Shown: piece by piece, positions 1 to 8,717 of the stretch
Layout: every line of letters starts with the position of its first letter
Position numbering within the stretch: the first letter of the stretch is position 1
Source: Candidatus Bipolaricaulia bacterium
GTDB taxonomy: Bacteria > Bipolaricaulota > Bipolaricaulia > JBHIAT01
Direction of reading: 5' to 3'
NCBI GenBank assembly: GCA_046758705.1
Contig: JBHIAT010000028.1
Coordinates: 1 to 27,999 of the forward strand
DNA length: 27,999 nucleotides
The notes under the pieces: model-generated
Told to the model about the DNA's origin: nothing
Seen by the model: the letters and a program-made list of their open reading frames with translations, nothing else
Databases searched by the model: none
Program-made: the position numbers and the translations under genes

Positions 1-10
1 TTTGACAACT

Positions 11-775
11 CTACCGATTCCTGTTGTCAGCAACACTTGAAAGGGAGACTACCAATTTCTCAACAAGTCGGGTAACGGTGTAGGACCACTGAATCGGTTT
101 CGCGGAACGGTCGTAATGGACGATAAAATCCAGAATGCGTTGCGTCAAGCACCTCACACTGGGGAAATGATTCGGGCTCAGCACCTTGCGCTGCAGGATG
201 CTGAACCAAATCTCGATCTGATCCAACCACGACGCATACTTCGGCAACCACACCACTGCCACCGTAAACGGCCACCCTTGGGCTGCTTGCTGCTGAGCCA
301 GCCACGTCTCCAGCTGTTTGGGCGCATGGGTCGTGGCGTTGTCCGCAATCAGCTTGATCTGCGTGACGCCCCGCCGCCTGGCCTCCGCAACCACCACTGT
401 CTCAAAAAACGCTTGGAAGTCCACGAACCGTTTTCGCTCACGACAACAACCATAGACCCATCCGTCGGCCACGCTCAGTGCGGCAAACAGTTGCACCACT
501 CCTCGTCGCTTGTAGCGCGGGGCCACGTGGACGCGTTGACCCCGTGCTGCGGGATCAGGAGGATGAATCCCCTCCCGAGCTTGAATCGACGTCTTCTCAT
601 CGGCACAGACGACCCAGATGCCCTGGTGAAGCAAGGCAACCGCCTGCTCGTAAAGTCTCAACACCGGCTTCGCCACCGCCAGAAAGTTGGGATCGATCGG
701 ATGCTGCCAGGTGTGGTAGCGCCACGGTTTGATCCGCTCCGCCTTCAGCCAGCGCCACACCGTGCAGGTGGCAAC
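11..775 (-). pseudogene. IS630-family transposase, 5'-truncated (DDE domain present, most of the N-terminal HTH region missing)
   Basis: Motifs TVWRWL..IKPW, VVCADEKTSIQA, YKRRG, IADNATTH and LPKYASWLDQIEIWFS are typical of IS630 DDE transposases. Homology stops near 775, where group II intron sequence begins on the other strand. Confidence 0.88.
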
Positions 776-1054
776 TTTACCGCCACAGTCAAACTCCGAT
801 TCGGCGACATGTGAAAGTACAAGGCACACGCAGTCCGTATGACGGAGACTGGTTGTATTGGAGCAAACGATTGGGACACCATCCAGAAGTTACACCGCGA
901 GCAGCCAAACTCCTGAAAAGACAACAGGGGAAAGAGTTACTGGTCGAAGAGGTACGTGTGACAAACGCCAAGTTGCTGAGGAGTCGGGTGAACGGAAACG
1001 TTCACGTCCGGTTTTGAAGTCGAGTCGAGGTGGTGACATCTCGGCTTAGACAGC
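775..1054 (+). mobile_element. Group II intron 3' remnant (chloroplast-like/IIB type): end of the RT-maturase ORF plus domains V and VI
   Basis: 775-933 encodes LYRHSQTPIRRHVKVQGTRSPYDGDWLYWSKRLGHHPEVTPRAAKLLKRQQGK, the segment just before the HNH domain in CL-class intron proteins. A second frame carries the usual tail GTCDKRQVAEE...RPVLKSSR. D5 and D6 follow. Confidence 0.88.
981..1054 (+). ncRNA. Group II intron domain V and domain VI
   Basis: D5: GAGTCGGG-TGAACG-GAAA-CGTTCA-CG bulge-TCCGGTTT (981-1014). D6: GTCGAGTCGAGGTG-GTGA-CATCTCGGCTT(A)GAC (1019-1051), with a bulged branch A at 1048, 7 nt from the inferred 3' end at 1054. Confidence 0.88.
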
Positions 1055-2062
1055 GATGTCCACAAGAAGTACTGTTATGCAACCGTGCTCGATCAGGAAG
1101 GGCAAGCCGTGAGTCAAGGACGATTCCTCAATACAACCGAGGAGTTGGATCAGTTCCTCCAGCAACTCGATGACGACGCTCAGGTCGCGATGGAGGCGTG
1201 CGGCTTCTACGAACCGGTGTACGACCAGATCGATCGCCATGGTCTGGATGTCACTTTGGCTCACCCGCTCAAAACCCGGGCGATCGCCGAAGCGCGTATC
1301 AAGACCGACAAGATCGACTCTCAGATTCTGGCTCATCTACTCCGAGCTGATCTACTTCCTGCAGCCTATGTCCCCGATCACTCCAATCGGCATTTGCGGG
1401 CTCTGGTCCGTCACCGAGCGACGTTGGTCAAGGTGAGAACCTCGGTGAAGAATCGGATTCACGCCCTGCTGGCTCAAACCAGGGTTGTCCATTCGTTTTC
1501 CGATCTGTTCGGCAAAGCTGGGATGGAGCTTCTCTGGAAGCTAGAACTGGATGAGATTCGCACCCTAGCATTACGCAACTACCTGACCGTACTAGAGGTG
1601 TTGCAGATCCAGATCACCGAAACCTCTCGATTTCTGGACGACTGGGTGAGAGAGCGCAAGGATGTGAAGATTCTAAAGAGTATCCCAGGAGTGGGGACAT
1701 ATGCCGCAGCCCTCATTCTTGGTGAGATCGGAGTGATCGATCGATTCCCTAATGGGAAGAAACTTTGTGCCTACACGGGATTGGTTCCCAAGGTGCATCA
1801 ATCCGGTCAGATCCACCGATATGGGAAAATCACCAAAGAAGGTAGTCCTTGGCTGCGATGGATCTTGATTCAAGCGACGTACAAAGCAGTTCAGAAACCC
1901 AACGCTTTGCAGCGGTTCCATAGTCGGTTAGACCGGCGAAAAGGCAAACAGATTGCGGCCATAGCGACGGCAAGGAAATTGCTGACCTACATCTACCGGA
2001 TGCTTACGGAAGGAGTGAGATTTGAGGAATTACGGGTGAATCAAGCGAGGACCCCCCGCTGA
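1055..2062 (+). mobile_element. IS110-family (IS1111-like) transposase, with its first few codons separated off by the intron
   Basis: The frame is open from 1055: DVHKKYCYATVLDQEG..VAMEACG..KTDKIDS (DEDD RuvC domain), then IPGVG..GLVPKVHQSG..ITKEG (Tnp_20 domain with catalytic Ser). Confidence 0.92.
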
Positions 2063-2217
2063 CTGCTTTGGTCTGTGACGACCGTAAAAGTGATGGGGGA
2101 AACCTGAAGCGACGGCCATAGTGTGCTAAGGCTAGAGAACGCACGGATAGATGAATGTCGCTTGAGCCCATCAGGGGCTATCGTTTGACTTGACAAAGCC
2201 GGGGGTTTTCATAGATG
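2052..2217 (+). ncRNA. Putative bridge/seek RNA-encoding right end of the IS110/IS1111 element
   Basis: About 150 nt of non-coding sequence 3' of the transposase, with two stem/internal-loop/stem units (CCCCC/GGGGG with GGTC/GACC; AAGCGAC/GTCGCTT with GTGTG/CGCAC) and a hairpin AGCCC/GGGCT. There is a subterminal TTGACA (2190-2195). The loop motif ATAGATG (2147-2153) recurs at 2211-2217. Confidence 0.55.
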
Positions 2218-2226
2218 GCACCCTAG

Positions 2227-2328
2227 ATTGAACGCCTTCACGATATGCTCAACCGACAGCTGCCAGGGAAAGTTTCACCTTGGTGGCACCGACTATTCGG
2301 TCGGGAGCAGGGTGAGGGCCGAGGGTAA
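2227..2328 (+). pseudogene. C-terminal remnant of a gene probably disrupted by the IS110 insertion
   Basis: Encodes IERLHDMLNRQLPGKVSPWWHRLFGREQGEGRG* with no start codon. The PWWxRLFG amphipathic tail resembles C-termini of coiled-coil/HTH proteins. Confidence 0.4.
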
Positions 2329-2436
2329 ATAAGTCGGCTTATTTGACATGACAATTCGAGTATAATTAAATGTTACGGATCGTTCTTGCTCTATACTCTA
2401 TAAGGGCAAGCAAGATCGGGATTCGGAGAATGCCGT

Positions 2437-3216
2437 ATGGTCACGGAAGCAGAGGATGATGGAACCCAAATGGAGCAAAGGGATCGTTTTCCCGAACTGG
2501 CTTCCTTCCTCACCGCTATCTTTGAAGGCCTGACGGAGAAGGAGTTTGAAGAACTCCGTGGTTCTATACTCTGTACTCAGTATCATCGTGATGATCTAAT
2601 CTTTCAGGAGGGATCTTTCTTTTCCGGTCTTTACATTGTTTATACAGGACTGGTCAAGATCGGGAAGCGTGCTCCAACCAGTGCTGATAAAAGGCGAGTG
2701 TTTCATTTTCTCCCCCCCAAAGAGTTAATAGGGCTGGAAGCGCTTTTCATGCCTGAGCGTCAGACCAACAGCCAATTTGCGCGAGCTTTGATGGATTCAG
2801 AACTTATCTTTATTGAAAAGAACGCCCTTCTCAATTTTCTGGAGCGACACCCTCAAGTCTTATTTGACCTGTGCCATCGGCTTGCCAGAGAGGTCGTGAC
2901 ACTTGAATTCAAGTTGACCCGAGATGCAACTCAAGGAAGCATTCAGAACTTCTCCTTGCTCTTGCTGGCTCTCAACAGCAAGTACGGTATGAGGGTGAAG
3001 TCGGGCAGCCAGATAGAACTGAAACTTCCCCGAGATACTCTGGCAGCTATGCTAGGAGCGTCAAAAGAAACTCTATCGCGGGTAATGAAAAGATTAGAGG
3101 ATGAAAACATTATTTCCGAAGAAAAACATAAGATCACGGTAATGAATAAAAAAAGACTCGAGCAACTAGCCAAAATTGCGGATCATCACCTAGATATTTT
3201 GGAGCAAGCATTTTAA
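2437..3216 (+). CDS. Crp/Fnr-family transcriptional regulator (paralog 1)
   Basis: cNMP-binding barrel (IFQEG..GLYIVYTGLVKI) and C-terminal HTH LPRDTLAAMLGASKETLSR. GGAG ribosome-binding site upstream. Confidence 0.92.
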   Translation: MVTEAEDDGTQMEQRDRFPELASFLTAIFEGLTEKEFEELRGSILCTQYHRDDLIFQEGSFFSGLYIVYTGLVKIGKRAPTSADKRRVFHFLPPKELIGLEALFMPERQTNSQFARALMDSELIFIEKNALLNFLERHPQVLFDLCHRLAREVVTLEFKLTRDATQGSIQNFSLLLLALNSKYGMRVKSGSQIELKLPRDTLAAMLGASKETLSRVMKRLEDENIISEEKHKITVMNKKRLEQLAKIADHHLDILEQAF

Positions 3217-3544
3217 AGAATTACTCACCTCTGAACTTCCTTCGAGATGAAGGTTTCCTACCATTATTGATCTATAACCCTTAATAGACTGCCGACCCAA
3301 GAAGAACCTTCTTGAGATGACCAACAGCAAGTCATTTTTCAACTTCAACGCTGGCATTTTTCTCGAAAATGAGTGTCATTTGGAACAAAAAATTCCCCAC
3401 ATGATGTTCTCAACATTGAATGATTAGAAGATATTTTCGTCAAAAAAAGACCATTTTCATGCCCCTAATCATATTCAATTAATCTTTATAGGGTTAACCT
3501 TGGTAAGAGATAAGAGTCTATGGAATAGGGGGTACAGCTCAATC

Positions 3545-4303
3545 ATGACAGCAGAGATCGAAAGTTCCTGTGCGGGGCAAAAAAATCGTTTCTCTGAACT
3601 GGCTTCGTTCCTCGCCTCTATCTTTGAAGGTGTCACGGAGGGAGAACTAGAGAAGCTTCGTGACTCCGTACTTTGTGTTCAGTATGACACCAATGATCTG
3701 ATCATTCAGGAGGGCTCTTTCTTTTCCGGCCTTTATATCGTCTATAAAGGATTAGTAAAGATTGGACAGTATACCCCGGCTGGTAATACACAGATCTTTC
3801 GTTTTCTTTCTCCCAAAGAGTTTTTGGGACGGGAAACCCTCTTTATGCCTGAACAACAGATCAATATTCAGTATGCTCGGGCTTTGGTCGATTCAGAGCT
3901 TATCTTTATCGAAAAGGGTGCTTTCCTCCATTTCCTTAAAGGGCATCCCAAAGCGTTATTTTCCTTGTGTAGTCAGTTTTCCAAACAGATAGAGAGATTG
4001 GTATTTAAACTGGCACCGGACGAGGAGAACCTTCAAAATCTTTCCTTGTTTCTGCTGGCCCTCAATGACAAGTACGGCATAGAGGTGGAGTTGGGCAGTA
4101 AGATAAATCCGGAGATCCCGCGGGATACCCTGACGACGGTGTTAGAGATCTCAGACGAAAGCTTAGCACAACTATTAAGATATTTGAGAGAGAGAAACAT
4201 CATTTCTAATGAAAGAAACACATTTACGATTATTGATCAGAAGAAGCTCGAATTTTTTGCAAAAAACACTGAATTACGCTCAAAAAGTTGGGAGAAAGTC
4301 TAA
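3545..4303 (+). CDS. Crp/Fnr-family regulator (paralog 2) with a degenerate recognition helix
   Basis: Clearly homologous to 2437-3216 (RFxELASFL, QEGSFFSGLYIVY, DSELIFIEK). The HTH reads ISDESLAQ. The ATG at 3545 was chosen because it aligns with the paralog 1 start; TTG at 3500 is an alternative. Confidence 0.88.
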   Translation: MTAEIESSCAGQKNRFSELASFLASIFEGVTEGELEKLRDSVLCVQYDTNDLIIQEGSFFSGLYIVYKGLVKIGQYTPAGNTQIFRFLSPKEFLGRETLFMPEQQINIQYARALVDSELIFIEKGAFLHFLKGHPKALFSLCSQFSKQIERLVFKLAPDEENLQNLSLFLLALNDKYGIEVELGSKINPEIPRDTLTTVLEISDESLAQLLRYLRERNIISNERNTFTIIDQKKLEFFAKNTELRSKSWEKV

Positions 4304-4522
4304 ATGAAGGAACTCAAAAGTTGATTAAGGAGGGCAAGGGAAATTGAGCGGAAAGAAAAGCCCCATAAGCAAAACTTCAAACCTTGATTTTGTCGCTCCT
4401 GGGAGGTTTCTCAAGGAGAAATCAGGATCGAGAAGAGGTTTGAAGATTTACATCCCCCACCACCCCCTTGCCCTTCTCTACCTCTTCTTAGAGGAGACAG
4501 TTTGCTGATAATAAGGGAGGAA

Positions 4523-4681
4523 GTGTTGGCTAATATGAATCTAGAGAACGGCCATTTGGATCAAAACGGCATCATCGGCAAACTCATCAAAGCACTAAGC
4601 GATATGAACAGAGAGGTGAACCGTGCCTCTGCCCAAGCACTTGGAAGGTGCAGAAGCTACCCGTTTGGTTGGAAGGCATAG
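4523..4681 (+). pseudogene. Mini-ORF with a single HEAT/PBS-lyase repeat (fragment or microprotein)
   Basis: GGGAGG ribosome-binding site, then (V/L)ANMNLENGHLDQNGIIGKLIKALSDMNREVNRASAQALGRCRSYPFGWKA*. LIKALSD..V..SAQALG matches the HEAT consensus. It is below the ORF-track length cutoff. Confidence 0.5.
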
Positions 4682-4704
4682 GATATGAGGGCTGGGGATA
4701 GGGA

Positions 4705-5580
4705 GTGTTAATAATAGACAAAGGGACCCGCGATCTTCTCGACCTCTACTTGAAAGAAGCAACAAAAGCCCCGTTGCTTTCCCGAGAAGAAGAGATCGAG
4801 CTTGCTCAGCGCATCGAAGCAGGAGATGAGACGGCCAAAGAGCGATTCATAAAATCCAATCTCAGGTTGGTGGTGAGCATCGCATCCAATTACCAGCATC
4901 CAGGACTTTCTTTTTTGGATTTGATCCAAGAAGGCAATATTGGTTTAATGAAAGCGGTCGAGAGGTTCGACTGGCGGAAGGGTTGTAAGTTCAGCACGTA
5001 TGCAACGTGGTGGATCCGCCAGGTGATCACTCGAGGGCTGGATATTCAAGCAAGAACCATTCGGGTGCCCACCCATATTCTCGAAACGCTTCGACAGATT
5101 CATCGAATCGAGAACCAATACCTTGAAGAGAGCAATCGAACTCCCACCGAAGAGGAACTGGCCGAGGAGCTTGCTGTCTCGATCGGCCAGATCAAAGCTG
5201 CCCGACAGGCGGTCTTCTATACCCCGTCGTTTGATGAACTGTTCGGCGACGGGAGCGAGAATGACGAGGAGGCACCGATAAATCTGATCAAAGACCACAG
5301 ACAAAAGGCTCTTTCTGAGGCAGTCTATGAGGAACTAATACGAGAAGAGCTTGCTCACGCTTTAGAAGGGCTCTCCGAACGGGAGCGGACGGTCCTGGAG
5401 ATGCGCTATGGGTTGAAAGACCACCAGTCCCACACTTTGGGAGAAATCGGTCAGGTGCTTGGTGTCAGCAAGGAGCGAGTCCGTCAGATCCAAAATGTTG
5501 CTCTGGAGAAGTTAAAGCAACCTGAGATGAAGAAGCAGCTCGAACGATTTCGACGCTTGGTTCAGGTGAGTCGAATTTGA
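4705..5580 (+). CDS. RpoD/SigA-like sigma-70 factor lacking region 1.1 (paralog 1)
   Basis: Regions 1.2 (LYLKE), 2 ([32 protein letters not shown]), 3 (RTIRVP, PTEEELAEEL) and 4.2 ([15 protein letters not shown]). Confidence 0.93.
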   Translation: MLIIDKGTRDLLDLYLKEATKAPLLSREEEIELAQRIEAGDETAKERFIKSNLRLVVSIASNYQHPGLSFLDLIQEGNIGLMKAVERFDWRKGCKFSTYATWWIRQVITRGLDIQARTIRVPTHILETLRQIHRIENQYLEESNRTPTEEELAEELAVSIGQIKAARQAVFYTPSFDELFGDGSENDEEAPINLIKDHRQKALSEAVYEELIREELAHALEGLSERERTVLEMRYGLKDHQSHTLGEIGQVLGVSKERVRQIQNVALEKLKQPEMKKQLERFRRLVQVSRI

Positions 5581-5672
5581 AGAGGGTGAAGTTAAAATTA
5601 CCGTCACCACATGAAGTCATTCGTCGGGGAACGAAATGGAATTTCAACTGTCCCTAGACGTCCACTCTGAAA

Positions 5673-5855
5673 ATGAGTGAATTAATGAATGACTTAAAGG
5701 AGGCAATCGTCAAAGACCTGTTTGAGGAGTTTTCATCCGGTGAAATAGGTCTCTCTACTTCAGAAGCAAAAGAGCGACTTGAAAAGTATGGTTACAACGA
5801 GATCTCCGAGAAGAAGATCCGCCCATTCGTTAAATTCCTGACCTATTTTTGGGGA
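5673..5855 (+). pseudogene. N-terminal fragment of a P-type (H+/cation) ATPase
   Basis: GLSTSEAKERLEKYGYNEISEKK..KFLTYFWG is the Cation_ATPase_N motif. Homology ends abruptly after FWG. Confidence 0.8.
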
Positions 5856-6179
5856 CGGCTCCCCCGAGACCGACTGATGCTGACGGCCGGCTGGGGGCAT
5901 GAGCGGCCGGCCCAGCGGGTGCGGGGCGAGAGTCCGACCTTTGAGGAGGTGGCGATGGTCTTCTTTGCGCGGCCGCGTACGAAAGCGTTTGCTGGGATTG
6001 CAGAGCTGTACCTGTACCCTGGCACAACTGAAGCATTGGTTGCACCGTCAGAGGACGTTTGCAGAGCTGATCGAGGAGCATTTTCATCCCGCCTGTTTAG
6101 GGATGTCTTGATGTCATGGCGTTTTTCTTGTGGAGGAAAAAGATCAGTACAACCGAAAATTTTTACAAGGAGGATTCTA

Positions 6180-7049
6180 ATGAACCGCGTTCTAATGGTG
6201 TTGGCGCTCGTTTTGTCATTGATTATCGGAGCAGCGAGTTTCGGCTTCGCCCAAGTGTCGACCGACTGGCACCCGAACTGGAACTTCTTTTTTGCGAACC
6301 AGATCGTGTTCGTCTCCAACCGCGACAATGACTCGGAGATCTATATCATGGATCTCTCCGGCACCCTCCTCGCTAAGCTCACCGACAACACGACCACCGA
6401 TATGGAACCCGCCCGGAGCCCCGATGGCAGCCAGATCGCCTTCTACTCCGCCCGGGATGGCAACTTCGAGATCTACGTCATGAACGCCGACGGCACAGGC
6501 GTGCGACGGCTCACCCGCAACAGGGTGATCGACTGGCATCCAAGCTGGAGTCCAGATGGCCGGCGGATTGTCTTCGAGTCATTCCGATCTAGGGGACCGG
6601 GGCTGTTCGTCGTCGACGTGGAGAGCGAAGAGATCACCCAGCTGACCTTCGACCGACGCCGCAAGCTCCACCCCAGCTGGTCCCCAGATGGCCAGTGGAT
6701 CGCCTATGCCGCCCATTCTGACGCGACCCACAGTTGGGAGATCTTTGTGACGAACGTTGCCGGGGATGTGGTCAAACAGCTGACCAACAACGTAGGGATC
6801 GACTGGTATCCCCAGTGGGGTCCGAACGGCCAATGGATCGCGTTCGAATCGATCCGCAATGGGCAGTCGGATATCTATCGGGTCAACGTGGAGACCGGAG
6901 AAATCAGACAGGTCACCAACGACCGGTACCGGGACACCCACCCGAGCTGGATCTTGATTGAGGGTCAGTTTGGGGTCAGTCTAGAGATTGTGTACGCATC
7001 GCTTCGAGAGGCGGGCTGGCAGATCCATTTCGTGGAGGTGACTAGATAA
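6180..7049 (+). CDS. Secreted TolB-like beta-propeller protein with PD40 repeats
   Basis: AAGGAGG ribosome-binding site before ATG 6180. Signal peptide MNRVLMVLALVLSLIIGAASFGFAQ. Repeated P.WSPDG..IAF.S.R.G..EIY units. Confidence 0.88.
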   Translation: MNRVLMVLALVLSLIIGAASFGFAQVSTDWHPNWNFFFANQIVFVSNRDNDSEIYIMDLSGTLLAKLTDNTTTDMEPARSPDGSQIAFYSARDGNFEIYVMNADGTGVRRLTRNRVIDWHPSWSPDGRRIVFESFRSRGPGLFVVDVESEEITQLTFDRRRKLHPSWSPDGQWIAYAAHSDATHSWEIFVTNVAGDVVKQLTNNVGIDWYPQWGPNGQWIAFESIRNGQSDIYRVNVETGEIRQVTNDRYRDTHPSWILIEGQFGVSLEIVYASLREAGWQIHFVEVTR

Positions 7050-7073
7050 ATATTATCAATACTGTGATCCACA

Positions 7074-8048
7074 ATGACCGAAATGCAGGTAATCATCAAA
7101 GATGAGCTGGAGCAAGAGCAAGAGAAAGAGCAGCAGACGGCCGGTTGGTTGGAGGGAATGAAATATGAGGGATGGGAGGCCGAGATGCTAGAGACCCAGA
7201 CTCGGGATTCCGTCAAGCTCTACCTGAAAGAAGCGGTGCAGTCTCCGCTGCTTTCCCGAGAAGAAGAGGTCGAGCTCGCCAAGCGAGTCGAGGCGGGGAA
7301 CGAGGTCGCCAAAGAGCGATTTATCAAGTCCAACCTGAGGTTGGTGGTGAGCATCGCATCCAAGTACCGCGGCCAAGGGCTCTCCTTCCTGGATCTGATT
7401 CAGGAGGGCAACATCGGGCTGATGCGCGCGATCGAGAAGTTCGATTGGCGCAAGGGCTACAAGTTCAGCACCTACGCCACCTGGTGGATCCGTCAGGCGA
7501 TCACCCGGGCGCTGGCCGATCAAGGGCGAACGATTCGGGTGCCCGCCCACATCATCGGGATCATCCGTAAGATCAACCGGATCGAGGAGCGCTACCTTGA
7601 GGAGTACGGCCGGGCTCCCACAGCAGAGGAGCTGGCTGAGGAACTCGACGTCTCCATCGGGCAGATCAAGGCCGCCCGGCAGGCTGCACTCTATACTTCC
7701 TCGCTCGAGGAGACGTTCGGAGACGAGGATGACGAAGAGACGCTGGTGGGCCGGATCAAGGACGAGAGGCAAAGCTATCCGCCCAAGGCGGTCTATGAGG
7801 AGTTGATGCAGGAAGAGCTCAATCGAGCTTTGGAGAAGCTCTCCGATCAGGAGCAGACGATCCTCCAGCTACGCTATGGGTTGAAGGACTACCATCCTCG
7901 CACCCTGGAGGAGGTCGGGCGGGTGTTCAACATCAGCAAGGAACGGGTCCGTCAGATTCAAAAGGCTGCCCTGGAAAAGTTGAAGCATCCCAAGATGAAG
8001 GAGCAGCTCAAACGATTCCGGGACTTGGTCCGGACGAGTTTGAGTTGA
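7074..8048 (+). CDS. RpoD/SigA-like sigma-70 factor lacking region 1.1 (paralog 2)
   Basis: [64 protein letters not shown]. The exact start is uncertain. Confidence 0.95.
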   Translation: MTEMQVIIKDELEQEQEKEQQTAGWLEGMKYEGWEAEMLETQTRDSVKLYLKEAVQSPLLSREEEVELAKRVEAGNEVAKERFIKSNLRLVVSIASKYRGQGLSFLDLIQEGNIGLMRAIEKFDWRKGYKFSTYATWWIRQAITRALADQGRTIRVPAHIIGIIRKINRIEERYLEEYGRAPTAEELAEELDVSIGQIKAARQAALYTSSLEETFGDEDDEETLVGRIKDERQSYPPKAVYEELMQEELNRALEKLSDQEQTILQLRYGLKDYHPRTLEEVGRVFNISKERVRQIQKAALEKLKHPKMKEQLKRFRDLVRTSLS

Positions 8049-8128
8049 AGAGCTGGTGATACAAGATCTGAATTTGACCTCCTGCCCTCAGCCCGCACTT
8101 TGCTAACTATTGAAGAGGAGGGCATTCG

Positions 8129-8599
8129 ATGAGGAAGAAGATCCTTCCCTGGATACTTACGGTCTTAGTTACCTTAACAAGTCCATTTGTTGCATATCCT
8201 GAGGTGAATCTGGATGAACTGAACGAGGCATTGGGAAGTGAGGATAGACGTACGCGCAGATCAGCTGTGAAGACATTAGAGCAGATTGTCTCTGATCCCC
8301 AAGCTGTGATTCCGATACTGGCTAACGCGTTGCGAGATGAGGACGAAATGGTGAAAGAATCTGTCACTACAATACTGGGGAAAATCGGTGTGGACGCAGT
8401 TCCTACTCTGATCGAAGCTCTACAGGATGAGGATATGAGAACACGCTTTTATGCTGCTGTTGGGCTTAGTTTGATAGGTCCTGATGCCCAATACGCCGTT
8501 CCCGATCTGATTAATGTGTTACAGGATGAGAAATGGATCAGGCGACTGGAAGCCGCTAGGGCGCTTAAGAAAGTCAAGGGTGAAGCGACCCCTTCATAA
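8129..8599 (+). CDS. HEAT-repeat protein with an N-terminal signal or membrane segment
   Basis: GAGGAGG ribosome-binding site, hydrophobic N-terminus, and repeats such as AVPTLIEALQDED..R..AA..L..IGP. Confidence 0.85.
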   Translation: MRKKILPWILTVLVTLTSPFVAYPEVNLDELNEALGSEDRRTRRSAVKTLEQIVSDPQAVIPILANALRDEDEMVKESVTTILGKIGVDAVPTLIEALQDEDMRTRFYAAVGLSLIGPDAQYAVPDLINVLQDEKWIRRLEAARALKKVKGEATPS

Positions 8600-8717
8600 C
8601 AAGTGATGTAATTGAAGAGACGCTGGTTTGCTGTTGACTGGTGACCTTGGTCGTGTTCATTGCCGTGCTTGTTACACTCAAACAGGCCGCAGCCCGAGAG
8701 ACAGTTGCTAGTTTCAT

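Noticed and set aside
116-814. Long antisense or alternative-frame ORFs (116-814, 8641-9162, 10061-10663, 11330-12163, 17439-18473 and others)
   Set aside because: They shadow well-supported genes on the opposite strand and have no recognisable motifs.
775-1054. RT fragment as a retron or diversity-generating retroelement
   Set aside because: No RT catalytic core remains, and clear D5/D6 structures identify it as a group II intron.
2343-2366. TTGACA...TATAAT as a consensus promoter for the Crp gene
   Set aside because: The spacer is only 12 nt, so the two hexamers cannot form one sigma-70 promoter, although either may be used separately.
3217-4704. FNR/CRP binding boxes near the Crp and sigma genes
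   Set aside because: No convincing TTGAT-N4-ATCAA or TGTGA-N6-TCACA match was found by eye in these intergenic regions.
5673-7049. 458-aa ORF as a single genuine protein
   Set aside because: An internal strong ribosome-binding site, ATG and signal peptide at 6180 define a separate gene, and the upstream part is an ATPase fragment plus unrelated sequence.
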